The translations under genes and the position numbers were made by a program. Positions 1-7,501 of a stretch of 32,000 nt of DNA are shown one piece after another; the stretch's first letter is position 1, and each line of letters begins with the position of its first letter. A model generated the notes under the pieces. That model saw nothing but the letters and a program-made list of their open reading frames with translations, ran no database searches and was not told the origin of the DNA. Source of the DNA: Mycobacterium malmoense (lineage in GTDB: Bacteria; Actinomycetota; Actinomycetes; Mycobacteriales; Mycobacteriaceae); contig NZ_CP080999.1 of assembly GCF_019645855.1 (NCBI RefSeq), positions 3,989,270-4,021,269 on the forward strand. The letters run 5' to 3'.

Positions 1-1320
1 GCGGCGGGCCACACCGACGGCCCGGTCCACGTCGCCACCCCACACCGCGCCGGAGAGCCCATAGCAAGAGTTGTTCGCGATCGCCACCGCGTCGTCGTCG
101 TCACGGTAGCGCAGCACCGTCAGCACCGGCCCGAACACTTCCTCCTGCGCGATAGCCGAATCCGGTTGCACCCCAGTGAGAATCGTCGGTTCGAAGTAGA
201 AGCCGACATCCAGGCCGGCCGGGCGACCGCCGCCGGTCGCCAGCTTCGCGCCGTCACTAACGGCACGAGAGACGTGGCCCTCTACACGCTCTCGTTGGTC
301 CGAACTGATCAGCGGCCCCATCTGCACGTCCGGATCGATGGGGTCGCCGACCTTCACGTCACGGGCCAGCGCGACGAGCCGGTCGACGACGTCGTCGTGC
401 AACGAATCGGGCAGCAGCAGCCGGCTGTGCAGGATGCAGGCCTGACCGGCGTGCAGCGAACAGCAATCGAACAGCATCTGCCGCAGCATCTCGTCGGTCA
501 CCTGCGCGTCGTCGAGGACGATGCTTGCCGACTTCCCGCCGCACTCCAACAGGATTCGCTTCATGGTGGCGCCCGCGGCGGACATGACCTGGCAGCCGAC
601 GGCCGAGCTGCCGGTGAAGCTGACCATGTCGATGCGCGGATCGGTGGTAAGCAGCTTGGCGCCCTCGACACCCGACGGCGTGACGACGTTGACCACGCCG
701 GGCGGAATGTCGGTGTACTCGTCGATCATCCGCGCGAGCGCAAGGCCGGCGAGCGGCGTCAGCGGCGAGGGCTTGAGCACGACGGTATTGCCCGCGGCCA
801 GAGCGTTGTTCACCTTCATGACGTTGAGGCAGTGCGGGAAGTTCCACGGCGTCAGGATCGACACGACGCCGAGGGGCTCGCGACGCAGCAGCGTCGTTCC
901 GGCGCCGGTGCCGGTGACCGGCTCGTCGACCAACTGCGCGGCGAGCTGGGCCGCGCGCATGGACATGAAAGCGGCGCCGTCGATTTGCATCACGCGCTCG
1001 TTGGCGATGCAGCCCCACTCCGCCTGCGACAGCGCGAAGAACTCGTCCGCGTGCTTGCCCAGCGCGTCGCCCAGCTGATTGAGGCAGCCCGCCCGGTCCT
1101 CGAGGCTCAACGAAGTCCACGGCCCGTCGTCGAAAGCCCTACGCGCGGCCGCGATCGCCTCGCCGACCTGCGCGACGCTCGCGTCGGGCGCGGTGGCGAT
1201 GGTCTGCTCGGTGGCCGGTGAGACGTCGTCGTAGCGGCCGTCCTCCGGTTCGACCCATCTGCCGTCGATGTAGAGCCGATAGGTGTCGACAAGAGGTCCC
1301 GGAGGTGGTAGCTCGGCCAT
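1..1320 (-). CDS. Aldehyde dehydrogenase (NAD(P)+), first 440 codons; the C-terminus lies beyond the left edge of the window
   Basis: Absent from the supplied ORF track because no stop falls inside the window. The reverse-strand frame starts at ATG 1320-1318 (MAELPPPGPLVDTYRLYIDG...) with GAGGAA 5 nt upstream and stays open to nt 1. Hand translation shows ALDH hallmarks: WNFPHCLNVMKVNNALAAGNTVVLKPSPLTP, Glu box LLECGGKSA, Cys box HAGQACILHSRLL, and EEVFGPVL. Confidence 0.9.
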   Translation of the reverse strand, partial: MAELPPPGPLVDTYRLYIDGRWVEPEDGRYDDVSPATEQTIATAPDASVAQVGEAIAAARRAFDDGPWTSLSLEDRAGCLNQLGDALGKHADEFFALSQAEWGCIANERVMQIDGAAFMSMRAAQLAAQLVDEPVTGTGAGTTLLRREPLGVVSILTPWNFPHCLNVMKVNNALAAGNTVVLKPSPLTPLAGLALARMIDEYTDIPPGVVNVVTPSGVEGAKLLTTDPRIDMVSFTGSSAVGCQVMSAAGATMKRILLECGGKSASIVLDDAQVTDEMLRQMLFDCCSLHAGQACILHSRLLLPDSLHDDVVDRLVALARDVKVGDPIDPDVQMGPLISSDQRERVEGHVSRAVSDGAKLATGGGRPAGLDVGFYFEPTILTGVQPDSAIAQEEVFGPVLTVLRYRDDDDAVAIANNSCYGLSGAVWGGDVDRAVGVARR

Positions 1321-1473
1321 CTGATTCCTCACCGAAGGTCGGTCATCTAGGGACTCAGTGTTCACCCATGGACCCGCCCCGTCAATCACTAATGACGCGA
1401 AATCCAGCCCAATTCAACGTGCTGACGCCGTATTGACAGCAATAGCCGCGGCGGAGTAGACACATTCTCGCTA

Positions 1474-1494
1474 GACAGATTGGGCCGATCTGTC
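1474..1494. promoter_or_regulatory. Candidate operator: perfect inverted repeat GACAGAT-N7-ATCTGTC in the ALDH/P450 divergent intergenic region
   Basis: Read directly: arms at 1474-1480 and 1488-1494, 22 nt upstream of the P450 GTG. A TTGACA (1433-1438) and a TAGACA (1457-1462) lie 18 nt apart just upstream. No experimental support. Confidence 0.3.
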
Positions 1495-1515
1495 GGATCT
1501 CCCGGGAGGCTTACC

Positions 1516-2700
1516 GTGCAGACCACTTTTCCACTGCACTCCCCCGACTTCTACGCGGGCGATCCCTACCCCGCGTACCGGGAGCTGCGCGCCAGCTCGC
1601 CGGTGTGTTGGAACGACGTCACCAACTTCTGGGCGCTGCTGAAGTACGAGGACATTCGCTTCGTGTCGAGCAACCCAGCGATGTTCTCCTCGACCAAGGG
1701 CGTCACCATTCCGGACCCGGCGATGGACAACCCGGTTGTCGAGAACAGCCTCATCTTCACCGACCCGCCGCGGCACCGGCAGCTGCGCAGGCTGATCAAC
1801 GCGGGCTTCACCCGGCGGCGCGTGGCCGTGCTCGAACCGAAAATCCGCGAAATCGTGCGGGGAATCCTCGACGGCCTGGAGCCCGATTCCGTTCACGAGT
1901 TCGCCGAAGAGATCGCCGCTCCACTGCCCACCCGGATGATCGCCGAGCTGATCGGTGCCCCGCCCGACGACTGGGAGCAGTTCCGGGCGTGGTCGGACGC
2001 GGCCACCGGAATCGCCGACCCGGAAATCGAACTCGACCCGCTGGTGGCCATGGGGCAGCTTTTCGAGTACTTCCAAAAGCTGATCGCGGCCAGGCGCGTC
2101 GAAGCGCGCGACGACTTGTTGTCGGTTCTAGCCGGCGCCGAGATCGACGGCCACCGGCTCACCGACGAAGACCTGCTCAACTTCGCGTTCCTGCTGTTGG
2201 TCGCCGGCAACGAAACCACCCGTAATCTGATCGCGCTGGGCACGCTGGCGCTGATCGCGCATCCCGACCAATGCCGGCTGCTGGTCGAGGATCGGTCGCT
2301 GATCCCGGGCGCCGTCGAGGAGATGTTGCGCTGGAACAGCCCGGTGGTCCACATGGCGCGCACCGCGACGGCCGACGTCGAAATCCGCGGGCAGCGCATC
2401 GCGGAGGGCGACACGGTGGTGATGCTCTACGGCTCGGCCAACCGGGACGAGGACATCTTCGGTTGTGACGCAGAAGAATTCAGGGTGACCCGCCACCCCA
2501 ACCCGCACATCGCGTTCGGGTGCGGGGAACATTCCTGCGTGGGTGCGCAATTGGCGCGCCTGGAAGCCTGCGTTATGTTCGACGAGCTGCTGCGCCGCTT
2601 CCCCAGCCTGAAACTGGCCGGCGAGGTGGACCGGATGCGGGCCACCATGGTGCCCGGGGTGAAGCGGATGCCGGTACGGCTCGGCACCGCGGCCGGATAG
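1516..2700 (+). CDS. Cytochrome P450 monooxygenase
   Basis: ORF 1480..2700. The preferred start is GTG 1516, with GGGAGG at 1504-1509. I-helix motif LLLVAGNETT, ExxR motif EEMLRW, and heme-thiolate loop FGCGEHSCVGAQLA. Confidence 0.95.
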   Translation: MQTTFPLHSPDFYAGDPYPAYRELRASSPVCWNDVTNFWALLKYEDIRFVSSNPAMFSSTKGVTIPDPAMDNPVVENSLIFTDPPRHRQLRRLINAGFTRRRVAVLEPKIREIVRGILDGLEPDSVHEFAEEIAAPLPTRMIAELIGAPPDDWEQFRAWSDAATGIADPEIELDPLVAMGQLFEYFQKLIAARRVEARDDLLSVLAGAEIDGHRLTDEDLLNFAFLLLVAGNETTRNLIALGTLALIAHPDQCRLLVEDRSLIPGAVEEMLRWNSPVVHMARTATADVEIRGQRIAEGDTVVMLYGSANRDEDIFGCDAEEFRVTRHPNPHIAFGCGEHSCVGAQLARLEACVMFDELLRRFPSLKLAGEVDRMRATMVPGVKRMPVRLGTAAG

Positions 2701-2716
2701 AAGGAGGACCAAGTTA

Positions 2717-3265
2717 GTGACCGACCAAAAGGCCGCGTTCCAAGCTAAGCTGCAGGCGCTCGTCGGCCAGCCGACCGGTGGTACCGGAAAGCCTTCGGTG
2801 GCACCGGATCCGGTCAATCAGCCGATGATCCGGCACTGGGCGCATGCGCTCGACGACATGAACCCGGTCTACCTCGATCCGGAGTTTGCGTCGTCGTCCC
2901 GGTTCGGTGGCATCGTGTCGCCTCCCGTCATGCTGCAAACCTGGACGATGCCGGCGCCGAAACTGGAAGGGATCGGGGACCGTGGTGGCGTTCCCGTCGA
3001 GATCACCAGCAGCCCAACGGCATTTCTCGATGAGGCCGGTTTCACCAGCACGGTGGCGGTCAACTCGGAGTTCGAGATCGACCGCTATCCCCGGCTGGGT
3101 GACGTCATCAGCGCAACGTCGATCTTCGAGGAGGTCTCCGACGAAAAGAAGACGGCGCTGGGCACCGGCTACTTCCTGACCTGGGTGATCACCTACACCG
3201 ACCAGAACGGTGAGGTGCTGGGCCGCCAGCGATTCCGGGTGCTGCGCTTCAGGCCGAAACGCTGA
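2717..3265 (+). CDS. Hot-dog fold protein of MaoC-dehydratase N-terminal type; resembles the non-catalytic ChsH1/HadA-like subunit
   Basis: 182 aa. Strong SD GAAGGAGG ends 8 nt before GTG 2717. Coding-like composition and no D-x4-H hydratase motif. The stop overlaps the next start (TGATG, 3263-3267). Confidence 0.75.
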   Translation: MTDQKAAFQAKLQALVGQPTGGTGKPSVAPDPVNQPMIRHWAHALDDMNPVYLDPEFASSSRFGGIVSPPVMLQTWTMPAPKLEGIGDRGGVPVEITSSPTAFLDEAGFTSTVAVNSEFEIDRYPRLGDVISATSIFEEVSDEKKTALGTGYFLTWVITYTDQNGEVLGRQRFRVLRFRPKR

Positions 3266-3672
3266 TGGCGTCCCGACTGCCACCGGCGATCAGCCCGGAC
3301 ACCGAGTTCTTCTGGAACGGGCTGCGCGAGCGCAAGCTGCTGATCCAGCGCTGTGGCGGCTGCAAAGCGCTGCGTCACCCGCCGCGCCCCATGTGCCCCA
3401 AATGCCGCTCCCTGGACTGGGATCCGATCGAGTCGTCGGGCCGGGGCACCGTCTACAGCTACGTGATGCCGCACCAACCCCGATTCCCGTTCTTCGACTA
3501 TCCGTACATCGTCGTGTTGGTGGAGCTCGACGAAGGGGTGCGGCTGGTTTCGAACCTGTCCGACATCGATCCGGCCGACGTCACGGTCGGGATGCCGGTC
3601 GAGGTCTACTACCAGACCTTTGATGACGACCTTGTGCTGCACCAGTTCCGGCCGACAGAAGGAAACCGATGA
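3265..3672 (+). CDS. DUF35-type protein (zinc ribbon plus OB fold)
   Basis: 135 aa. Rubredoxin-like CGGCKALRHPPRPMCPKCRS motif followed by an OB-like GTVYSYV...VVLVELDEGVRLVSNL segment. ATGA overlap with the next gene at 3669-3672. Confidence 0.85.
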   Translation: MASRLPPAISPDTEFFWNGLRERKLLIQRCGGCKALRHPPRPMCPKCRSLDWDPIESSGRGTVYSYVMPHQPRFPFFDYPYIVVLVELDEGVRLVSNLSDIDPADVTVGMPVEVYYQTFDDDLVLHQFRPTEGNR

Positions 3673-4148
3673 CGACCGCCAAGAGCCGCACCGCGACGCT
3701 GCAGTGGGCCGACATCGAAGTCGGCGACGAGGTTACCCCGCTCGAAATCCCGATCACCACAACAATGATCGTCGCCGGCGCGATCGCCTCGCGTGACTTC
3801 ATGCCGGTGCACCACGACCGCGACTACGCCAACAAGCAGGGCTCGCCCAACCTGTTCATGAACATCCTGACCACCAACGGCTACTGCGTGCGTTTCCTCA
3901 CCGACTGGGCCGGACCCGAGGCGATGGTCAAGAACCTGTCGATTCGCCTTGGTGTGCCATGCTTTCCCGACGATCCGCTGCGCTTCACCGGCAGCGTGAC
4001 GGGCAAAACTAGGGGTTCAGGGGGCGAGAACTTCGTCGAAGTCACCTTCAAGGGCGCCAACAGCCTCGGCGATCATGTCTCCGGCACCGCGGTGCTGAGC
4101 CTGCTCGACGGGGCCGCCGAAAGCGACCTCCAAAGAGTCCAAGCATGA
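3669..4148 (+). CDS. MaoC-like (R)-specific enoyl-CoA hydratase; resembles the catalytic ChsH2/HadB-like subunit
   Basis: 159 aa. Hydratase-2-like Asp/His motif in SRDFMPVHHDRDYA. ATGA overlap with the ltp-like gene at 4145-4148. Confidence 0.8.
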   Translation: MTTAKSRTATLQWADIEVGDEVTPLEIPITTTMIVAGAIASRDFMPVHHDRDYANKQGSPNLFMNILTTNGYCVRFLTDWAGPEAMVKNLSIRLGVPCFPDDPLRFTGSVTGKTRGSGGENFVEVTFKGANSLGDHVSGTAVLSLLDGAAESDLQRVQA

Positions 4149-5314
4149 GAAGCTCGCTGCCCGGCAGCTGCGCCATTGTCGGCATCGGCCAGACCGAGTT
4201 CTCCAAGGAGTCGGGGCGCAGCGAGCTGCAATTGGCCTGTGAGGCAGTCAGTTCCGCGCTCGACGACGCCGGCCTGGCACCTGGCGACGTCGACGGCATG
4301 GTCACCTTCACCATGGACTCCAGCGACGAGATCGACGTGGCGCGCAGCGTGGGCATCGGCGACCTGAGCTTCTTTTCCCGCGTGCCGCACGGCGGCGGGG
4401 CGGCGGCCGGCACCGTCGTGCACGCGGCGATGGCCGTCGCGACCGGCGTCGCCGACGTGGTGGTGTGCTGGCGCGCGTTCAACGAGCGGTCCGGCTTCCG
4501 GTTCGGCGGCAGCGGACGCACCAGCGCCGAGACCCCGCTGTTCATGGCGCACTACGCGCCCTTCGGATTGCTCACTCCCGCGGCGTGGGTCGCGCTGCAC
4601 GCCCAGCGCTACATGTCGACGTACGGGGTGACCAACGAGGACTTCGGTCGCATCGCCGTGGTCGATCGCGCGCACGCCGCCAGCAATCCCGACGCCTGGT
4701 TCTACCAGCGCCCGATCACACTGGAGGACCACCAGAATTCCCGCTGGATCGTCGAACCCGTGCTGCGGCTACTGGATTGCTGCCAGGAAAGCGACGGCGG
4801 GGTGGCGCTGGTGGTGACCAGCGCCGAACGCGCCCGCGACCTGCGCCAGCCGCCGGCGGTGATCACCGCGGCCGCCCAGGGCGCGGCCTACGAGGGCGAG
4901 ATGATGACCAGTTACTACCGCGAGGACATCACCGGCCTGCCCGAGATGGGAGTGGTCGCCGACCGGCTGTGGCGCGACTCGGGCCTCAAGCCGCAAGACA
5001 TCCAAACCGCCTTCATCTACGACCATTTCACGCCGTTCGTCTTCACGCAGCTCGAGGAGCTCGGCTTCTGCGGGCGCGGCGAAGCCAAGGACTTCGCCAC
5101 CATCGAACGGCTGTCGCTCGGTGGCGAGCTGCCGATCAACACCAACGGCGGGCTGCTCGGCGAGGCCTACATCCACGGCATGAACGGCATCACCGAGGGC
5201 GTGCGCCAGGTGCGCGGCACCTCCTACAACCAAGTCGACAACGTCGAGCACGTGCTGGTCACCTCGGGGACCGGCGTGCCCACCAGCGGGCTGATTCTCG
5301 CGCCGGCCGACTGA
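4145..5314 (+). CDS. Thiolase-fold lipid-transfer protein (Ltp/SCP-x-like), probably of the Ltp2 aldolase type
   Basis: 389 aa. N-terminus CAIVGIGQTEFSK and C-terminal NTNGGLLGEAYIHGMNG box are typical of SCP-x/Ltp thiolase-fold proteins. The position expected for the nucleophilic Cys reads HGGGAAAG. Confidence 0.85.
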   Translation: MRSSLPGSCAIVGIGQTEFSKESGRSELQLACEAVSSALDDAGLAPGDVDGMVTFTMDSSDEIDVARSVGIGDLSFFSRVPHGGGAAAGTVVHAAMAVATGVADVVVCWRAFNERSGFRFGGSGRTSAETPLFMAHYAPFGLLTPAAWVALHAQRYMSTYGVTNEDFGRIAVVDRAHAASNPDAWFYQRPITLEDHQNSRWIVEPVLRLLDCCQESDGGVALVVTSAERARDLRQPPAVITAAAQGAAYEGEMMTSYYREDITGLPEMGVVADRLWRDSGLKPQDIQTAFIYDHFTPFVFTQLEELGFCGRGEAKDFATIERLSLGGELPINTNGGLLGEAYIHGMNGITEGVRQVRGTSYNQVDNVEHVLVTSGTGVPTSGLILAPAD

Positions 5315-5323
5315 GGGAGCGGA

Positions 5324-5938
5324 ATGACCCAGGCTTCCGCGTTGACCCAGGCAACGGATACCCGCGAGCTCATCGTCGAGTCCGCGTACGCGTGTTTCCG
5401 CAGGCAAGGGCTGCAGAAGACGACGATCGTCGATATCGCGAGAACGGCCAACGTATCCCGGAGCACCGTTTACGAGTACTTCAGCGACAAGGGCGCCATT
5501 CTCGAAGCCTGCGCCGAGCACGCGTCCGAGCAGTTCTACCGCGAGATGTCCCAAGCGATGAACCGGGGCGTCTCACTGGAGGAAAAGCTAAGCCACGCCG
5601 CGGTATTCGTGACCCAGGCGCGAAAGGCCATCGCTTCCGGGAAGTACTTCGACGAAGACGCGATCAGCCTGCTGCTGACCAAGGACGCCGCCGTCCTGCT
5701 GCGCGAATGCGTCGAATTCTTCGCACCGTATCTGTCCGCCGCCAAGCTCACCGGTGAGGTCCGCAAGGACCTCGACGTGGAGGCCGCCGGCGAATGGTTC
5801 GCGCGCATACTGTTTTCGCTCTTCAGCACGCCGTCATCGACTTTGGACATGGACGACCCCGATGCCGTCGCCGAGTTCGTGCGCGCGCACGTGGTGCGTG
5901 GCTTCGCCGGCGATCGCCCGCGGCCGAGGCGGGCATAA
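5324..5938 (+). CDS. TetR family transcriptional regulator
   Basis: 204 aa. N-terminal HTH TRELIVESAYACFRRQGLQKTTIVDIARTANVSRSTVYEYFSDK. Starts 9 nt after the ltp stop on the same strand. Confidence 0.9.
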   Translation: MTQASALTQATDTRELIVESAYACFRRQGLQKTTIVDIARTANVSRSTVYEYFSDKGAILEACAEHASEQFYREMSQAMNRGVSLEEKLSHAAVFVTQARKAIASGKYFDEDAISLLLTKDAAVLLRECVEFFAPYLSAAKLTGEVRKDLDVEAAGEWFARILFSLFSTPSSTLDMDDPDAVAEFVRAHVVRGFAGDRPRPRRA

Positions 5939-5953
5939 AGCCGGTTGAGACCG

Positions 5954-7237
5954 TCAGGCCGTGGATGTCAACCATAGGGCACTCACCGGTACGGCGAGCA
6001 TCTTTGGCCCAAAGGACAGGGTTTGCGGCCCGGTATGCATGACGATGCCGGCGCGGAAATCGTCGCCGATCCGCTGGGCGAGGTGCCGCAGTCCGCGGAA
6101 GTCGTTGGGCCCGACGGTAGATGCTGCTTTGACCTCGATGCCCACGACGTCACCCCGCCGATTTTCGAGTACGGCATCGACCTCAACTTGATCCCTGGTT
6201 CGGTAGTGGAAGAGCGCAACTTCTTCCTCGCACCAGGTCAGCTGGCGTGCCAGTTCCATCAGAACGAATCCCTCGAGGAGCGGCCCGAACTGACCAGTAG
6301 GCCGCAAGATGCTGCGAGTATCCGCACCGATCTGGTGTGCCGCGATGCCGGAGTCGACGAACGCGAGCTTGGGGGTTGTGGTTGCTCGGCTGCTGATGTT
6401 TCGGGACCACGCCGGTATCCGCTTGACGAGAAAGACCTCTTCGAGCAGTGCGACATACTTCTTCACCGTCGTGGCGCCGAGTCCGAGTTCGTTGCTCAAT
6501 GTGGCGATGGACAGCAGCTGCCCCGATCGAGCGGCCAGCATCTGGACAAGCGCGCGCATCTCGGTTGTTCGCTCAATCTCCGACAATTGCTGCACGTCGC
6601 GCGCGATGAGGTCGCCGACGTAGGAATTGAAAAAGTTGCGGCGTCGGCGCTCGTCGGTTCGCGCAACTGCCTCAGGAAAGCCTCCACGAACAAGTCGGTC
6701 GGCGTACTCCGCACGTGAAACCGTGGAGCCGTGGCGCAGTCCCCCGTAAGCGGAGGGTGCCTCCAGGTCGCCCTGGGTGAACACGGCGTCGACGAATCCG
6801 TCAGGGGCGCTGTCGATCTCGCCCTGAGAGAAGGGCCAGAGCTCAATAGTCTCCATTCGGCCCACGAGAGTGTCGGGCAGGGATCGCAAGCCGAGCACGC
6901 GCGCCGATCCCGTCAGCAGGAAGCGCCCGGGCGTGGGGTCTGCATCCACTTGCGCCTTGATCGACAGCAGCAGATCGGGTGCTCGTTGGACCTCGTCGAT
7001 GACCATCGGGCCGGGCTGGTCGACGAAGCCGTCCGGATCCTCAAGCGCAGCCTGGCGGGTCAAGGCGGTATCGAGATCACGCCATTCGGCGTCGCGGCCC
7101 TTTGCGACGAGGCGAACCAGAGTGCTCTTGCCGCTTTGCCGGGCACCGTTGACGAGCACCACCCGGGTGTCCTCCAGCGCCGCGTTCACAGCGGCCTCGG
7201 CGTGTCTAGGCAAGGCCGGGCCAAGTATGGTTCGCAT
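5954..7237 (-). CDS. AAA+ ATPase with wHTH and C-terminal PD-(D/E)xK-like domain (AAA_14 + DUF4143 / COG1373 type)
   Basis: 427 aa. Walker A NGARQSGKST and Walker B MVIDEVQ. HTH-like LSIATLSNELGLGATTVKKYVALLEE. C-terminal nuclease-like signature VEVDAV...VVGIEVKA (nt 6128-6181). Confidence 0.85.
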   Translation of the reverse strand: MRTILGPALPRHAEAAVNAALEDTRVVLVNGARQSGKSTLVRLVAKGRDAEWRDLDTALTRQAALEDPDGFVDQPGPMVIDEVQRAPDLLLSIKAQVDADPTPGRFLLTGSARVLGLRSLPDTLVGRMETIELWPFSQGEIDSAPDGFVDAVFTQGDLEAPSAYGGLRHGSTVSRAEYADRLVRGGFPEAVARTDERRRRNFFNSYVGDLIARDVQQLSEIERTTEMRALVQMLAARSGQLLSIATLSNELGLGATTVKKYVALLEEVFLVKRIPAWSRNISSRATTTPKLAFVDSGIAAHQIGADTRSILRPTGQFGPLLEGFVLMELARQLTWCEEEVALFHYRTRDQVEVDAVLENRRGDVVGIEVKAASTVGPNDFRGLRHLAQRIGDDFRAGIVMHTGPQTLSFGPKMLAVPVSALWLTSTA

Positions 7238-7360
7238 CCACGCTCCCGCCGTCTAGTCCACCGTCGCATGTGGATCTGCCACCATCTTACGCGTGGATCT
7301 GCCGCAAGGTAGCGCGTGGATCTGCCGCAAAGACTCGCTGCCAATTGGCACGTGGATAAC
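7231..7360. repeat. Array of GTGGAT(CTGCC) repeats upstream of, and overlapping, the ATPase start codon
   Basis: Core GTGGATCTGCC occurs at 7270, 7293 and 7316 (23-bp phase). Two copies extend to a perfect 17-mer, GCGTGGATCTGCCGCAA (7291-7307 and 7314-7330). A degenerate GTGGATAAC lies at 7352. Inverted copies ATCCACGC (7237-7244, overlapping the ATG) and TCCAC (7257-7261) are also present; the latter forms TCCAC-N8-GTGGA with the first direct copy. Confidence 0.8.
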
Positions 7361-7501
7361 CGGAGGGATCGCTCACGCGGCCGCGCCGAGCATGTTCCTA
7401 TGTAGACCTCCTAGACAAACAGCCAGTGAGCTGGTAATACCTCACCGACGCCCCTGTACCTGGGGAATTAGATGACGGGCGAGACGACCGCGGAGGCTGG
7501 C

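Noticed and set aside
166-1221. 351-aa plus-strand and 253-aa minus-strand (359..1120) ORFs at the left edge
   Set aside because: Both are off-frame shadows of the aldehyde dehydrogenase gene. That gene occupies the third minus-strand frame and is missing from the track only because its stop is outside the window.
4465-5757. 430-aa plus-strand ORF spanning ltp and the TetR gene
   Set aside because: It is Arg-rich junk out of frame with two well-supported genes.
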